From Malacoraja senta (lineage: Eukaryota): a stretch of 64,000 bases of DNA. Below the pieces are notes generated by a model. It was not told the DNA's origin. It did not search any database and saw nothing but the letters and a program-made list of their open reading frames with translations. The position numbers and the translations under genes are program-made. Below, one piece after another: positions 52,701 through 64,000 of the stretch; the first letter of the stretch is position 1, and every line of letters begins with the position of its first letter. Where the stretch lies: positions 9,054,001 to 9,118,000 of the forward strand of contig CM075997.1 of assembly GCA_038087875.1 (NCBI GenBank), in the 5' to 3' direction.

Positions 52701-54215
52701 CTTCCATTGCATATCCACCGTCAACCCTTTAAGAATCATTTGTCAGTCAATCTTGGCCAATTCACGATTCAAACCCTCAAAGTTACCTTTCTTTAAGTTC
52801 AGAACCGTTGTTTCTGAATTAACAATGTCACTCTCCATCCTGATGAAGAACTCAACCATATTATGGTCACTCTTGCCCAAGGGGGCACGCACAACAAGTC
52901 TGCTAACTAACCGTTCCTCATTACTCAATACCCAGTCTAGAATAGCCTGCTCTCTCGTTGGTTCCTCTGCATGTTGGTTTAGATAACTATCCCTCATACA
53001 TTCCAAGAAATCCTCTTCCTCAGCACCCCTGCCAATTTGATTCACCCAATCTATATGTAGATTGAAGTCACCCATTATAACTGTTTTGCCTTTGTTGCAC
53101 GCATTTCTAATTTCCTGTTTGATGCCATCCCCAACTTCACTACTACTGCTAGGTGGCCTGTACACAACACCCACCAGCGTTTTCTGCCCCATAGTATTTC
53201 GTAGCTCTACCCATACCGATTCCACATCCTCCAAGCTAATGTCCTTCCTTTCCACTGCGTTAATCTCCTCTCTAACCAGCAACGCTACCCCACCTCCTTT
53301 TCCTTTCTCTCTATCCCTCCTGAATATTGAATATCCCTGGATGTTCAGCTCCCAGCCTTGGTCACCCTGGAGCCATGTCTCCGTGATCCCAACTATATCA
53401 TAATCATTAATTGCTATCTGCACGTTCAACTCATCGACCTTATTACGAATGCTCCTTGCATTGAGACACAAAGCCTTCAGGCTTGTTTTTACAACGCTCT
53501 TACCCCTTATACAATTATGTTGGAAAGTGGCTCTTTTTGATTTTTGCCCTGGATTTGTCTGCCTGCCACTTTTACTTTTCACCTTGCTACCTTGCTTCCG
53601 CCCGCATTTTGCACCCCTCTGTTTCTCTGCTCACCCATTTAAGATGTTGGGTCTGAGTGCTTTCCTTCTCTGCCTCCTGCCTCACACACTGTCTAATAGC
53701 ATTCTCTATTTGAGTCCCTCCCCCCAACCATTCTAGTTTAAAGTCTCCCCAGTAGCCTTTGCAGATCTCCCCGCCAGGATATCGGTCCCCCTCAGGTTCA
53801 AGTGCAACCCATTGAGGGCTAGGTTATTGTGCTAGCACCATATGGACAGTTGCTCGATCTCTCTTCTATTCTCTGACTCATCCCCATCAGTGATACGTCC
53901 CACAACAGTGGTGTCGTCAGCGAACTTGATGATGGAGTTCGCACTGTGACCGGCTACGCAGTCATGATTATCGAGTGTGTACAGCAGGGGGCTGAGCACG
54001 CAGCCTTGAGTTGCTCCCGTGCTGATTGTTATCGAGGCTGACACATTTCAACCAATACGAACAGACTGTGGACTGTCAATGAGGAAGTCGAGGATCCAAT
54101 TGCAGAGGGATACGCAGAGACCCAATTCTGCGAGTTTGGTAACCAGCTTGGAGGGGATGATTGTGTTCAATGCCGAGCTGTAATCGATGAATAACAGCCT
54201 GACATATGAGTTTTT
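49790..54215 (-). mobile_element. 5'-truncated Rex1/Babar-type LINE split by CR1-B
   Basis: QGCVLSPLLY..KFADDT (53832-54044) continues as NTSKTKEL..KKAHQRLYFLRRL (49985-50570). Confidence 0.88.
50575..53811 (-). mobile_element. Young CR1 family B; ORF2 in one frame with two in-frame stops
   Basis: ORFs 52743-53582 (APE), 52287-52739 and 50673-52235 (RT) share a frame; tail at ~50575-50600. Confidence 0.95.
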
Positions 54216-54529
54216 ATTTTTATGGTGGACATCTAAAACAGATATTAAGCATAAATAAGGCGGGAATAAGCAGTATACATCGTTGGTCAGAGAAGAAGTA
54301 TTAAACCTTTCAGGTTCATTAGTTCAACGAAATTAAAACGTTGCCATAGATTTGCATATTTACCCAAACGAATTGTGCTACGTACGCAGCAAATTCAAGC
54401 AGAGTGTGTATAATTTGTCGGCAGGTTAAATAGTGGTCCATTCAAAAGTTATGTTGATTTTGTTGGAAATATGAATTTAAGATTGATTCAAAATAAGATC
54501 ACGCATGAGAGAACAGGAGTGGAAAGTTA

Positions 54530-54930
54530 TAGATTAGATTAGATTAGATTAGATTAGATTATACCTTTAATAATCCTTTGCAGGAAATTACAATGCCACG
54601 ACAGCTTCAAGACAGACATAACACCACAAATAGCTTCCATACTTAACAAGTTAAAATACAAGTTAAAATACAAGTTAAAATACAATTAATTTTTAAAAAG
54701 TGCAGTTATTTATGCGCATTATATAACCTTATCGCAGCTGGTAAACAGGACTTCCTATGTCTCTCCATTTTGCACATTGGTGCAATCAGTCTCTGACTGA
54801 AGCTGCTGCTCTTGATCACCTTCAGGGCATGGAGTGGGTGAGTGGGGTTGGTCATTATAGAACCCAGTTTTTTCAGAGTTCTGGCCTCTGCCACCTGCTG
54901 GACCGTTCGTTGCTCAGCCCTCAGAGACAT
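54530..54930 (-). mobile_element. Rex1/Babar-type 3' fragment
   Basis: (TCTAA)n tail; IMTNPTHPLH..RHRKSCLPAAIRLYN C-terminus. Confidence 0.75.
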
Positions 54931-55548
54931 GGGCCGATAACCTGGGCCAAATATCTTCCCGGCTGTGAGATAATTCGTTGAAGGACCTGGATGATAAGAT
55001 GAATCTTTGTAAATGTGAACGCTACTTGTCAAGGCAGGGGCACGATTATGACACGAGTCCTTCTCAACATGTGTTCCAAGTCCACCAAATACTCCAAGAA
55101 TGACAATTTTTGGCAGACCTGTGCTTTGTGTGCCAGATGTTGTGTACTTCCGTTGTGTTGACCGTGAGTTTCCCGAATATATCAGCATTGATCAACATTT
55201 TAAACACGATAGATATGGAAATCTGATTTGTGCTGTGGTATTTTATTTCAGCTCGGCTTTTAATTAACCGCTTTAATTGCTCCCTCTATTATAAAGAATG
55301 TCCATGCATGTTTCAAAGATCGATAATCCAGTGATTTAATGTGTAATTCCACAAATGTAAACATCACATCACAACCACTTAATCCGAGGTCACAATGGAT
55401 CCGCTAAACTAAATTATGTTTTATTGCCTCGGATGAATATTGTAAGTTTCTGGCGTTTAAGCACCGAGCTGGTGAATTAATTACATGATTAACTAACCTG
55501 CGACTATTCATTTGAACGATATACAAAAATTGCAAGTAGTCTTGCATT

Positions 55549-56447
55549 TCATCCACATTGCTGTCCGTTTAATGTGAACAGATATATCACTCCTTTCATC
55601 AGCTCCTTTCTGAATTTGCTCTGTGACAAGGTGTAGATACATGTGTTTGTGCAGGTACAGAGAAGTTGCAACATAAACCCAAATTGTTGCAGGATAAATG
55701 TCGGGGTGTTCAAATATTTGTCTGTGTAAAAATAATTTTGAGCTTGCCATCTCATGGTCGATACTATAAAAGGTATCCACAGCACTATGAAATTGGCAGA
55801 GAGAGCAAACAACAACATCATTGACTTTCTCCGGTTCTCCACCTCGGGATCTTTCTGATTCTCACTAGAATTCCGGAATCCACGCCGTACTTTATTTGCC
55901 GCTATAATATGACTCACAGTTAAAGCGTTGAAAAGTACAATCAAGCAGATTGGCATTGAAGGTGTAACGATAATGTAAAACAACTGGAATGCTTTCCACG
56001 CGATCGAGGTAAAGTATTCGTCTTTGGTGACGCACCGCCATGGCACATTGTCAATAACAACGTAAGGATCCACTGTAAAGTAAAAGGGAACGCACCTCGC
56101 GAAGCTCCCTGTGAACACAATAGCTATCACCCAGCTCGCTATTCTTTCGGTGCAGTATCGTACCCGCAGCTTTTGACTACAAATTGCGATACAGCGATCG
56201 AATGTGAAAGCTGCCGTTAGCCAAACGGAGCAATCCGTTGTCGCCAACCTCAGGACAACTGTCATAGCGCAAATTGGAGTAATGAGCAACCAACGAGCAT
56301 AAAGGTACATATTATTAATCTGCTCCAGTACAACAGCAATGAAAACACCCATTAAATCAGCCGCGGCCATTGCCATCAGGTAACGAGAGACGCATTTGGA
56401 GAGACCACATTGATTCCGAGAGAGGATCACAATTGCCAGTGAATTAA
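55549..56447 (-). CDS. GPR139-like class A GPCR, exon 2 (intact)
   Basis: Acceptor tttctcattgtag ending at 56448. Open frame VNSLAIVILS..MAAADL..FDRCIAIC..RRKSMMLLF..LWIPF..CTNTCIY..FRKEL to the stop. 70+899 nt = 323 codons. Confidence 0.93.
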
Positions 56448-57072
56448 CTACAATGAGAAAAAATACAACATTTAGTTCAAACCTGTGAAACTGAATCCAT
56501 TTTCCTCGATGTACATTCGGAATGCGTGGCACCATGCTATTCCTATTCTTCTGATCCTGTACCGGGATAGGAGACCTGGTTATCGCAGACTAGAGACCAA
56601 TCTATCCTGACTCCGCGCGGCAGCACTCCACTTTGAGTACAGGGGGGGGGGTGGGGGCGAGGCACATGAACGGAAGTGGCGCCAGCAAATTACAGTTGTT
56701 TTCAGGCGGGCCTATGACGGCACCACATCATTTCCAGTGAGCGGCTGCTCGCCAATTTGTCCATCACTGGAACCTAAAATGCTGAACGGAGGGTCGGTCG
56801 TGGTAACAAAATGGATTGCCGAACCACGAACATATGAAATTGCAAAATTCTAATCACAGCCATCACACAAATCTCCACCATCACCCACGATCCCCGCTCG
56901 CCTGTTGCGAAAAGAAGGCATTACAAAGTTAAATAATAAAAATATATATAATTTGAAGCCAGATTAATGCTGGTTAAATTCATCACGTGATCATAATATT
57001 ATTTGAGGCATCTGTTCTATCGTGCGCAGGAACGGGGGGAATTGAGGCACAAAATGAGCTCCAGTCTCTTAC

Positions 57073-57142
57073 CAGTGATACCAACTGCTGCAAGGATTGG
57101 ATAGTAAATCCTCACTGTGTGGTAAATTGCTGGATAGCCCAT
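57073..57142 (-). CDS. GPR139-like GPCR, exon 1
   Basis: AAAATGG Kozak context; MGYPAIYHTVRIYYPILAAVGIT + G, then a GTAAG donor; phase 1 matches exon 2. Confidence 0.88.
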
Positions 57143-57218
57143 TTTAGTTGTGAGGTAGCGATCAATCGCGCAGAACGTTCCAGCTGCCACAGGTACTGGT
57201 GAAGGTTCTAACAAAATC

Positions 57219-57275
57219 TTATATAGAGGAATAACCGCACTGAGCCAATTAATCACATCAGATACAAGCCATTGA
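57219..57275 (-). promoter_or_regulatory. Putative core promoter of the intact GPCR
   Basis: CTATATAA at 57226-57219, ~77 bp upstream of the ATG; CCAAT (57245-57249, plus strand) overlapping a TAATTG homeodomain-type site. Confidence 0.55.
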
Positions 57276-57384
57276 ACAAACACAGAGTAAACATGCGTTA
57301 TACATTGACGTACGTAGACCGAATTTTCTTCTTCGATTCAGCTTTAAACAAGTATCATTTATAATATTGTGCGTATCTGCAACA

Positions 57385-58700
57385 TCATATAACATATATA
57401 TATATAACATATAACAATTACAGCACGGAAACAGGCCATGTCGGCCCTTCTAGTCCGTGCCGAACACTTATTCTCAACTAGTCCCATCTACCTGCACTCA
57501 GACCATAACCCTCCATTCCTATCCAATGTATTTTTAAATGATAAAATCGAAACTGCCTCCACCACTTCCACTGGAAGCTCATTCCACACAGCTATCACTC
57601 TCTGAGTAAAGAATTTCCCCCTCATGTTACCCCTAAACTTTTGTCCCTTAATTCTCATATCATGTCCTCTTGTTTGAATCTTCCCTACTCTCAATGGAAA
57701 AAGCTTATCCACGTCAACTCTGTCTATCCCTCTCATAATTTTAAAGACCTCTATCAAGTCCCCCCTTAACCTTCTGCGCTCCAAAGAATTTATTCAGCAT
57801 TACCTATCTTGTTCAACATTTCTCTGCAACTTAGGTGCTGAAACACAGGCAGCGTTATAGTAAATCTCCTCTGTACTCTCTCTATTTTGTTGACATCTTT
57901 CCTATAATGTGGCGACCAGAATTGTACACCATATTCCAGAATTGGCCTCACCAATGCCTTGTACAATTTTAACATTACATCCCAACTTCTATACTCAATG
58001 CTCTGAGTTATAAAGGCCAGCACACCAAAAGCTTTCTTTACCACCCTATCTACATGAGATTCCACCTTCAGGGAACTATGCACAGTTATTCCTAGATCCC
58101 TCTGTTCTACTGCATTCCTCAATTCGCTACCATTTACCATGTACGTCTTATTTTGATTTGTCCTGCCAAGATGTAGCACCTCACACATATCAGCATTAAA
58201 CTCCATCTGCCATCTTTCAGCCCACTCTTCCAAATGGCCTAAATCTCTCTGTAGACTTTGAAAAGCTACTTCATTATCCACAACACCACCTATCTTAGTA
58301 TCATCTGTATACTTACCAATCCAATTTACCACACCATCATCCAAATCATTAACGTATATGACAAACAACAGTGGACCCAACACAGATCCCCGGGGCACCC
58401 CACTAGTCACCGGCCTCCAACCTGACAAATCATTACTCCACCATCACTCTCTGGTATCTCCCATTCAGCCACTGTTGAATCTATCTTGCTACTCTACTAT
58501 TAATACCCAACAATTGAACCTTCTTAACCAACCTTCCATGTGGCACCTTGTCAAAGGCCTTACTAAAGTCCATATAGACAACATCCACCGCTTTACCCTC
58601 ATCAATTTTCCTAGTAACCTCTTCAAAAATTCAAGAAGATTAGTCAAACATGACCTTCCAGGCACAAATCCATTTTTGACTGTTCCTAATCAGACCCTGG
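57385..58700 (-). mobile_element. 5'-truncated CR1 family C
   Basis: RT ORFs 57488-57784 and 57790-58428; TA-rich tail at ~57385-57415. Confidence 0.9.
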
Positions 58701-59319
58701 TATATCAAATTAGCTGTTTTTAGTTGGTCGGCGAAATTAGGTTATCGTCGCCTTCGTCATTCGACGTTTTTGCGGTTGGAAACAACAGTACCGGCGATAG
58801 TGTTTAATAAAATAAGAAGTTGTTGTATTGACTCACTATCAATATTTTCTACATAACCGGAGAGACTATAAGATAGCTTGTGATGAAAATGGCGCGTCCG
58901 CTTTATTTTTTACTAGTTGTATTTCGGGATTTATTCAAACATCACACATTGCAACATTGAAATGGACTGTTCGGACCAATGCTTCTGTACCTCTCTCACT
59001 GAAAGATTTGAGCATGCCATAGGACACGTTTGTCGTTTGGTGTAATAACGTGCACCACGGTGTATTAGCCAAGATTTCCTTTACAGAATTACACTGAGTA
59101 TGATTTTACCCCCTTTTCTCCGGACCATTTTCTCTCCAAACAAAAGTATATACGGAAATGTTACCTTTACACATCGCCCTCTACTGAGGCATTTAAACGA
59201 TGACCATTCACACATAGTTCGTGTGGGGAATCCCACCACCTGTCTACATCACCATGGCCATTTCCATTCGACGACAGGTTTCAACCCCAGGCCTACTTTC
59301 ACCTGTTGAAAAATGAAGT

Positions 59320-59960
59320 GCAGTTGCTGGAAAATCGAATGTAGACAAAAATGCTGGAGATGATCAGCAGGTGCGGCAGAATCTATGGAGCGAAGTAAAT
59401 AGGCAACGTTTCGGGCCGAAATCCTTCTTCAGACTGATGCAGGGTGGGAGGGGGGGGCGGGAAGAAGAAAAGAAGAGGAGGAGCCCGAGGGCTGAAGGAG
59501 AGCTGAGAAGGGAAGGAGACAGCAAGGGCTACCGGAAATTGGAGAAGTCAATGTTCAACCCGCTGGGGGCAGACTGCCCAAGCGGAAGATGAGGTGCTGC
59601 GCCTCCATGGCCATGGAGGAGGCCCAGGAAAGAAAGATCGGATTCGGAATGGGAGGGGGATTTGAAAAGCTGAGCCACAGGGAGATCAGGTTGGTTAATG
59701 CGGACCGAGCAGAGGTGTTCACGAAACGATCACCAAACCTGCGCTTGGTCTCACCGATGTAGATCAGCTGACATCTAGAGCAGCAGATGCAATAGATGAG
59801 GTTGGAGGAGATGCAGGTGAACCTCTGTCGCACCCGGAACGACTGCTTAGGTCCTTGAATGGGGTCGAGGGGGGAGGTGAAGCGACACGTGTAGCATCCC
59901 CTGCTACAGTGCCTGGGGAGGGGATGTTGCGGGTAGGAAATAGGGTCCCACTCTATTTCC
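59320..59960 (-). mobile_element. Penelope fragment with GIY-YIG endonuclease and terminal repeat
   Basis: QRFTCISSNLIYCICCSRCQLIYIGETKRR; hammerhead-like core at 59401-59437 (CTGAAGA..GAAACGTT on the minus strand). Confidence 0.88.
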
Positions 59961-60439
59961 CACATAGCTTCGTGAATCTGCTCTCATCGACAGATCAGTC
60001 CTTGCCAATTTTGAAGAGGGCTTACCACTTACACCACGCTTCTGTAGAATGATATGTGTCTCCACTGTCACCGCTGCTCTCTTTCCTTTCTGAAATGCAT
60101 TCGACCAATCGTTTCCAGTAACGCTTCTTTCCACTATGTCTGAACAATGTTCGCTTATTACGAACTCTAATTGCACGGCTTCTTACACCTCAATTGTTAT
60201 TATCTATAGAGCACCCTCGAGCAATATCCGCCTTTAGGTTTGGCGAGGGAAGGGGTGTGAAGGATAGCGAAATTCTGTTTAAACTGCGCCGTTCGCTTTG
60301 GTTTTATTCGTTCATTTCCTGTTTTTGTGCGATTCTACAAAATATAATATATTACATATACTTAATTCTTACGAAGAATGAAGACGTGCTGCCTCCTTAA
60401 AATTGCGCAATTTTATGGTCACTAGGTCCTATTCGGATC

Positions 60440-60735
60440 TGAATAGTAGAACGGTGTAGAAGCGGTCGTGTTATTGCCTTGCAGCGCCAACTCCACCCTG
60501 ACTGCGGGTGTTGGCTGTACGGAGTTTGTACCTTCTCCGAGTTACCTCGTGGGGTTTCTCCCGGAGATCCGGTTTCCTCCCACATTCCCAAAGACTTGTA
60601 TATGTGGATGTTCATTGGCTTCTGTAATTTGTCCCTAGTATGTAGGATATAATTTGTATACGAGTGATTGCTGGTCAGTGACGACTCGGTGAGCTGAAGG
60701 GGCAGTTTCCACGCTGAATCTCTACGCTCTAAACA
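60440..60735 (+). mobile_element. Degenerate V-SINE
   Basis: cgtggggtttctcc..ccggtttcctcccacattcccaaagac V-domain and a CR1-like tail. Confidence 0.8.
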
Positions 60736-61299
60736 GTCCTGATTAAAACGAAAATTCAGATAGCGAGAGTCACTGAAATAAGGCGTTTTTTTAAGTAATG
60801 TCGAATTTGTGTTCAGTTAAATTATTTTGATATTCTGTGTTTTAAATGAAAAGTGCACGATCTCCATACACAGATGCTGTGGAATATCGCCGAAATAATC
60901 AATGAATGAACATACAAAGAAGTGCAGTGCCATTTACAAAATAGATACAACGTGTTGGAGTAACTCATTAGGTCAGACCGCATCTCTAGAAGGCATACAT
61001 AGCCATTTGTAGAACGAATGAATGTGGTTCAATTATGCGTCTGTATCTTCAACAAATCGTTCAAGATTCAATTAAAAGTTTGGAATTGTCACTTCGAATC
61101 GAAGCACTGCATCCTGATAGCCACATTCGCTTGGACAGCTTTCAATCCAACAGTAAAAATATTGACTTATCTAACTTCATTGCTTTAGGAAATAACTGCA
61201 GTTAAGGGTCTCGACCCGAAACATCTTCTCTCATTACTTCTCTCCAGAGATGCATCCTGTCCCGCTGAATTCAGCATTTTGTGTCTACCAAACCGTCGC

Positions 61300-61660
61300 T
61301 TTACCCTCCCTATACCATCCTTGTTCTTCGACCACCCCGGGCCGCGGAGTTTGAGCCGGCCCGTCGCGGAGCACGGATTCGGCCGCGGGACTGGCTTACC
61401 GTCGCCCGGCGGGGTCACAGCATCAGAAGCCTGGATCGCCTCAGCGCAGAGGGAGAACAAAGCGGGAAGAGACAGAGACTTTAAGACTTTTGCCTCCATC
61501 ACAGTGAGGAGGTGCCTGGTGAACTCACTGTGGTGGATGTTAATTTGTGTTTATTGTGTGTTTTGTCATTTATTATTATATGTATGACTGCAGGCAACGA
61601 AATTTCGTTCAGACCGAAAGGTCTGAATGACAAATAAAGGAATCTCTCTAATCTCTCTAA
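61300..61660 (+). mobile_element. Short GC-rich retroposon with a Rex-like 3' stem-loop
   Basis: TTCAGACC-GAAA-GGTCTGAA hairpin, then tgacaaataaa and an (AATCTCTCT)2 tail. Confidence 0.55.
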
Positions 61661-62569
61661 GTTTCACTGTCCACCTGAGAAAATGTTACTGATCGCATGG
61701 CTCGTTGTCAGCTTCCCCGCAGCTAACAATGATCCATTCTACATTTTCTTTGATCAGCGTCCCCGATGATCTCTCGTTTTTACATCTTACCCTTCCACTT
61801 CCGAAGTCTCCATATGCCCTGACTCTCAGTCTGAAGAATGGTCTCGAGTGTAAACGTCACGGATTCCTTTTTGCTAGAGATGCGGTTATCCCGCTGGGTT
61901 ACTCCAGTATTTTGTGTCCCTTACCCATCTGTGTTGCGGTGTCTCTTTCTCTACTGCTGACGGATGACTGCTGCCGGCTCCGTTACAAATGTTTCCCCCA
62001 GCCTAGGTTCAGATGATGTATTCTATTGCTTACATTGAAGCTGCACAGAAGCACCACTTGGAGACGGAGAGAGTAAATAAAGGCAAATTATGCAAAATGG
62101 GAGTGAAAGCAGAAAGAGAGAGGAGCCACAGGCATCCAGAGTGTAATCCTGTCTATAGAGAAAAAAAGCACGTCTTTCTGTGCATTAGAACGTTGTGCTT
62201 TCCAGGGGAAAATGTTGCGTTCGTGGAATTGGGTAAAAATTCCGGCTACCTCCAGCAACTATTCCAAGATTCATCTTAATCACTTCCATGGCTTGGATTA
62301 TCAACCCGGTAACCGGTGCTTGATACTTGAGTGCTCGACTCTGATTTAAATCCCACACGTGGTCACTTTGAATACGGTTTTTTTTTCTCAAATGAGGCGA
62401 AAAACATCTCATCCAATATGGTAGAATAGGTTTTTTGCGAACGAAATGACCCGTTGACTTTTCTCTGAATCTTTATTTGCTCCCCACGGCCATTTCATCT
62501 GCTTTGCATGCAGTATCTCGGATTGAAGGATTATTTACATGGAAATTTATCAGAACCATATCTGAGAAT

Positions 62570-63960
62570 ACATCGAAACATAGAAACATAGAAAATAGGT
62601 GCAGGAGGAGGCCATTCGGCCCTTCGAGCCAGCCCCGCCATTCATTGTGATCATGGCTGATCGTTCCCTATCAATAACCCGTGCCTGCGTTCTCCCCATA
62701 TCCCTTGATTCCACTAGCCCATATAATAACCATATAACCATAACAGCACGGAAACAGGCCATCTCGGCCCTTCAAGTCCGTGCCGAACATTTTTTTTTAA
62801 TTTTTTTTAAAATTAAAAATAAATACTTCCCCCTAGTCCCATCGACCTGCACTCAGATAGAGCCCCTAGAGTTCTATCTAATTCTAGTCAGTTGGGATCA
62901 ATTGCATCGCTGGAGGAGTTTCGGGAACTAAGGAGTAAACTGAAAAAGGAAATCTGAAGGACAAAAATGGGCTTGGATATAGCTCTGGGGGGTAGCATTA
63001 AGGACAAACCCAAAATATGTTATAAATACATAAGGGGGAAAGGGTTAACTAGAGAGAGATTGGGCCTCTAGGGAACCAGATCGGTTACCTCTGTTTGGAG
63101 GCACAGGAGATGGGCTCCTGTATTTACCGAGAAGAAAGACAGTAGGGGAGAGTAACTTGGGGCAGTCAATTGAAGTGTCTCGAGAGCAGTCTAGTGTTAC
63201 TGTCGAAGAAGTACTGAAGGTACTATCGGGTTTGAGGGCAGACAAATCTCAGGGTCTGAGCAGATATTTCCGAGGACATTGTGGGAAACAAGAGAGGAAA
63301 TTGGGGGAGCCCTGGTTCAAATTTACGAGTCATCATTAAATACAGGAGATGTGCTGGAAGACTGGAGGGTGACAAAAGTTGTGCCTCTATTCAAGAAGGT
63401 CTGCAGGGAAATTGCTGGGAACAGTAGGCCAGTGAGCTTAACATCTGTAGTTGGTAAGTAATGAACCATATATGAGAAGGGAACTCGAGGCAAAGGAGCC
63501 TTAAGGTGGTAGTGACCACAATATGATAAGTTTAACGTAGAATTTGAGAGGGAGAATGGTAAATCGGAGTTGTCGGTATTACAGTTGAACAAATGGGACT
63601 ATGGAACCATGAGGGAGGAGTTAGCCAAATTTGACTGGAAAGATACGTTAGCTGGGATGACAGTATAGCAACAATGGCAGGTATTTCTGGGAATAATACA
63701 GAAGGTTCAGGATGGGTTCATTCCAAAGAGGAAGAAAGATTCCAAGAGGAGTAAGGGGCGACCGTGTCTGACAAGGGAAGTCTGGGACAGCATAAAAATA
63801 AAAGTGAAGAAATATAACATAGCAAAGTTCAGCAGGAAGCCAGAGGATCGGGTAACTTTTAAAGAGCAACAGAAGATAAATAATAAGGCAATACCGGGAA
63901 AAAGATGATGTACGAAGGTAAGCTAGCCAAGAATATAAAGGAGGATAGTAAAAGCTTATC
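62570..63960. mobile_element. Cluster of CR1 fragments
   Basis: CR1-A and CR1-C 3' ends on the minus strand (62570-62860); ORF2 fragments on the plus strand (62920-63960; WRVTKVVPLFKK, RPVSLTSVVGK). Confidence 0.8.
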
Positions 63961-64000
63961 GTCAAGTCACGTCAACTCAAGTGTATTTGTTACATACACA

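Noticed and set aside
56448..56535. N-terminal extension of the 328-aa GPCR ORF (MVPRIPN...)
   Set aside because: Lies upstream of a clear splice acceptor, so it is intronic; exon 1 at 57073-57142 supplies the start of TM1.
9416..63965. Numerous recurring antisense ORFs (e.g. MPPKWITSHLS, MKSPIITVLPLL)
   Set aside because: Shadow frames of CR1 ORF2, repeated only because the elements are repeated.

Overview
Eukaryotic, repeat-dense DNA. The repeat families and receptor type point to a cartilaginous fish, probably a skate or ray (inference). Host genes: two paralogous class A GPCRs of the GPR139-like type lie tail-to-tail about 50 kb apart. The minus-strand gene is intact (2 exons, 57142-57073 and 56447-55549, 322 aa, with TATA and CCAAT motifs). 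The plus-strand paralog (4143-5891) has its coding exon split by an 858-bp non-coding retroposon. Most of the rest is nested transposons: a decayed DDE transposase with a Tudor-like C-terminus and a ~464-bp unit bounded by short inverted motifs (KolobokP-like); a DIRS1-type element with ITR and ICR, containing a perfect 100-bp-arm palindrome; three CR1 LINE families; Rex1/Babar LINEs; a one-LTR Gypsy; Penelope fragments with hammerhead-ribozyme cores; V-SINEs; a Harbinger-like MITE; and an unclassified GC-rich retroposon family. No rRNA, true tRNA or CRISPR array was seen. Family names come from reading motifs by eye, not database searches, and boundaries of old fragments are approximate.
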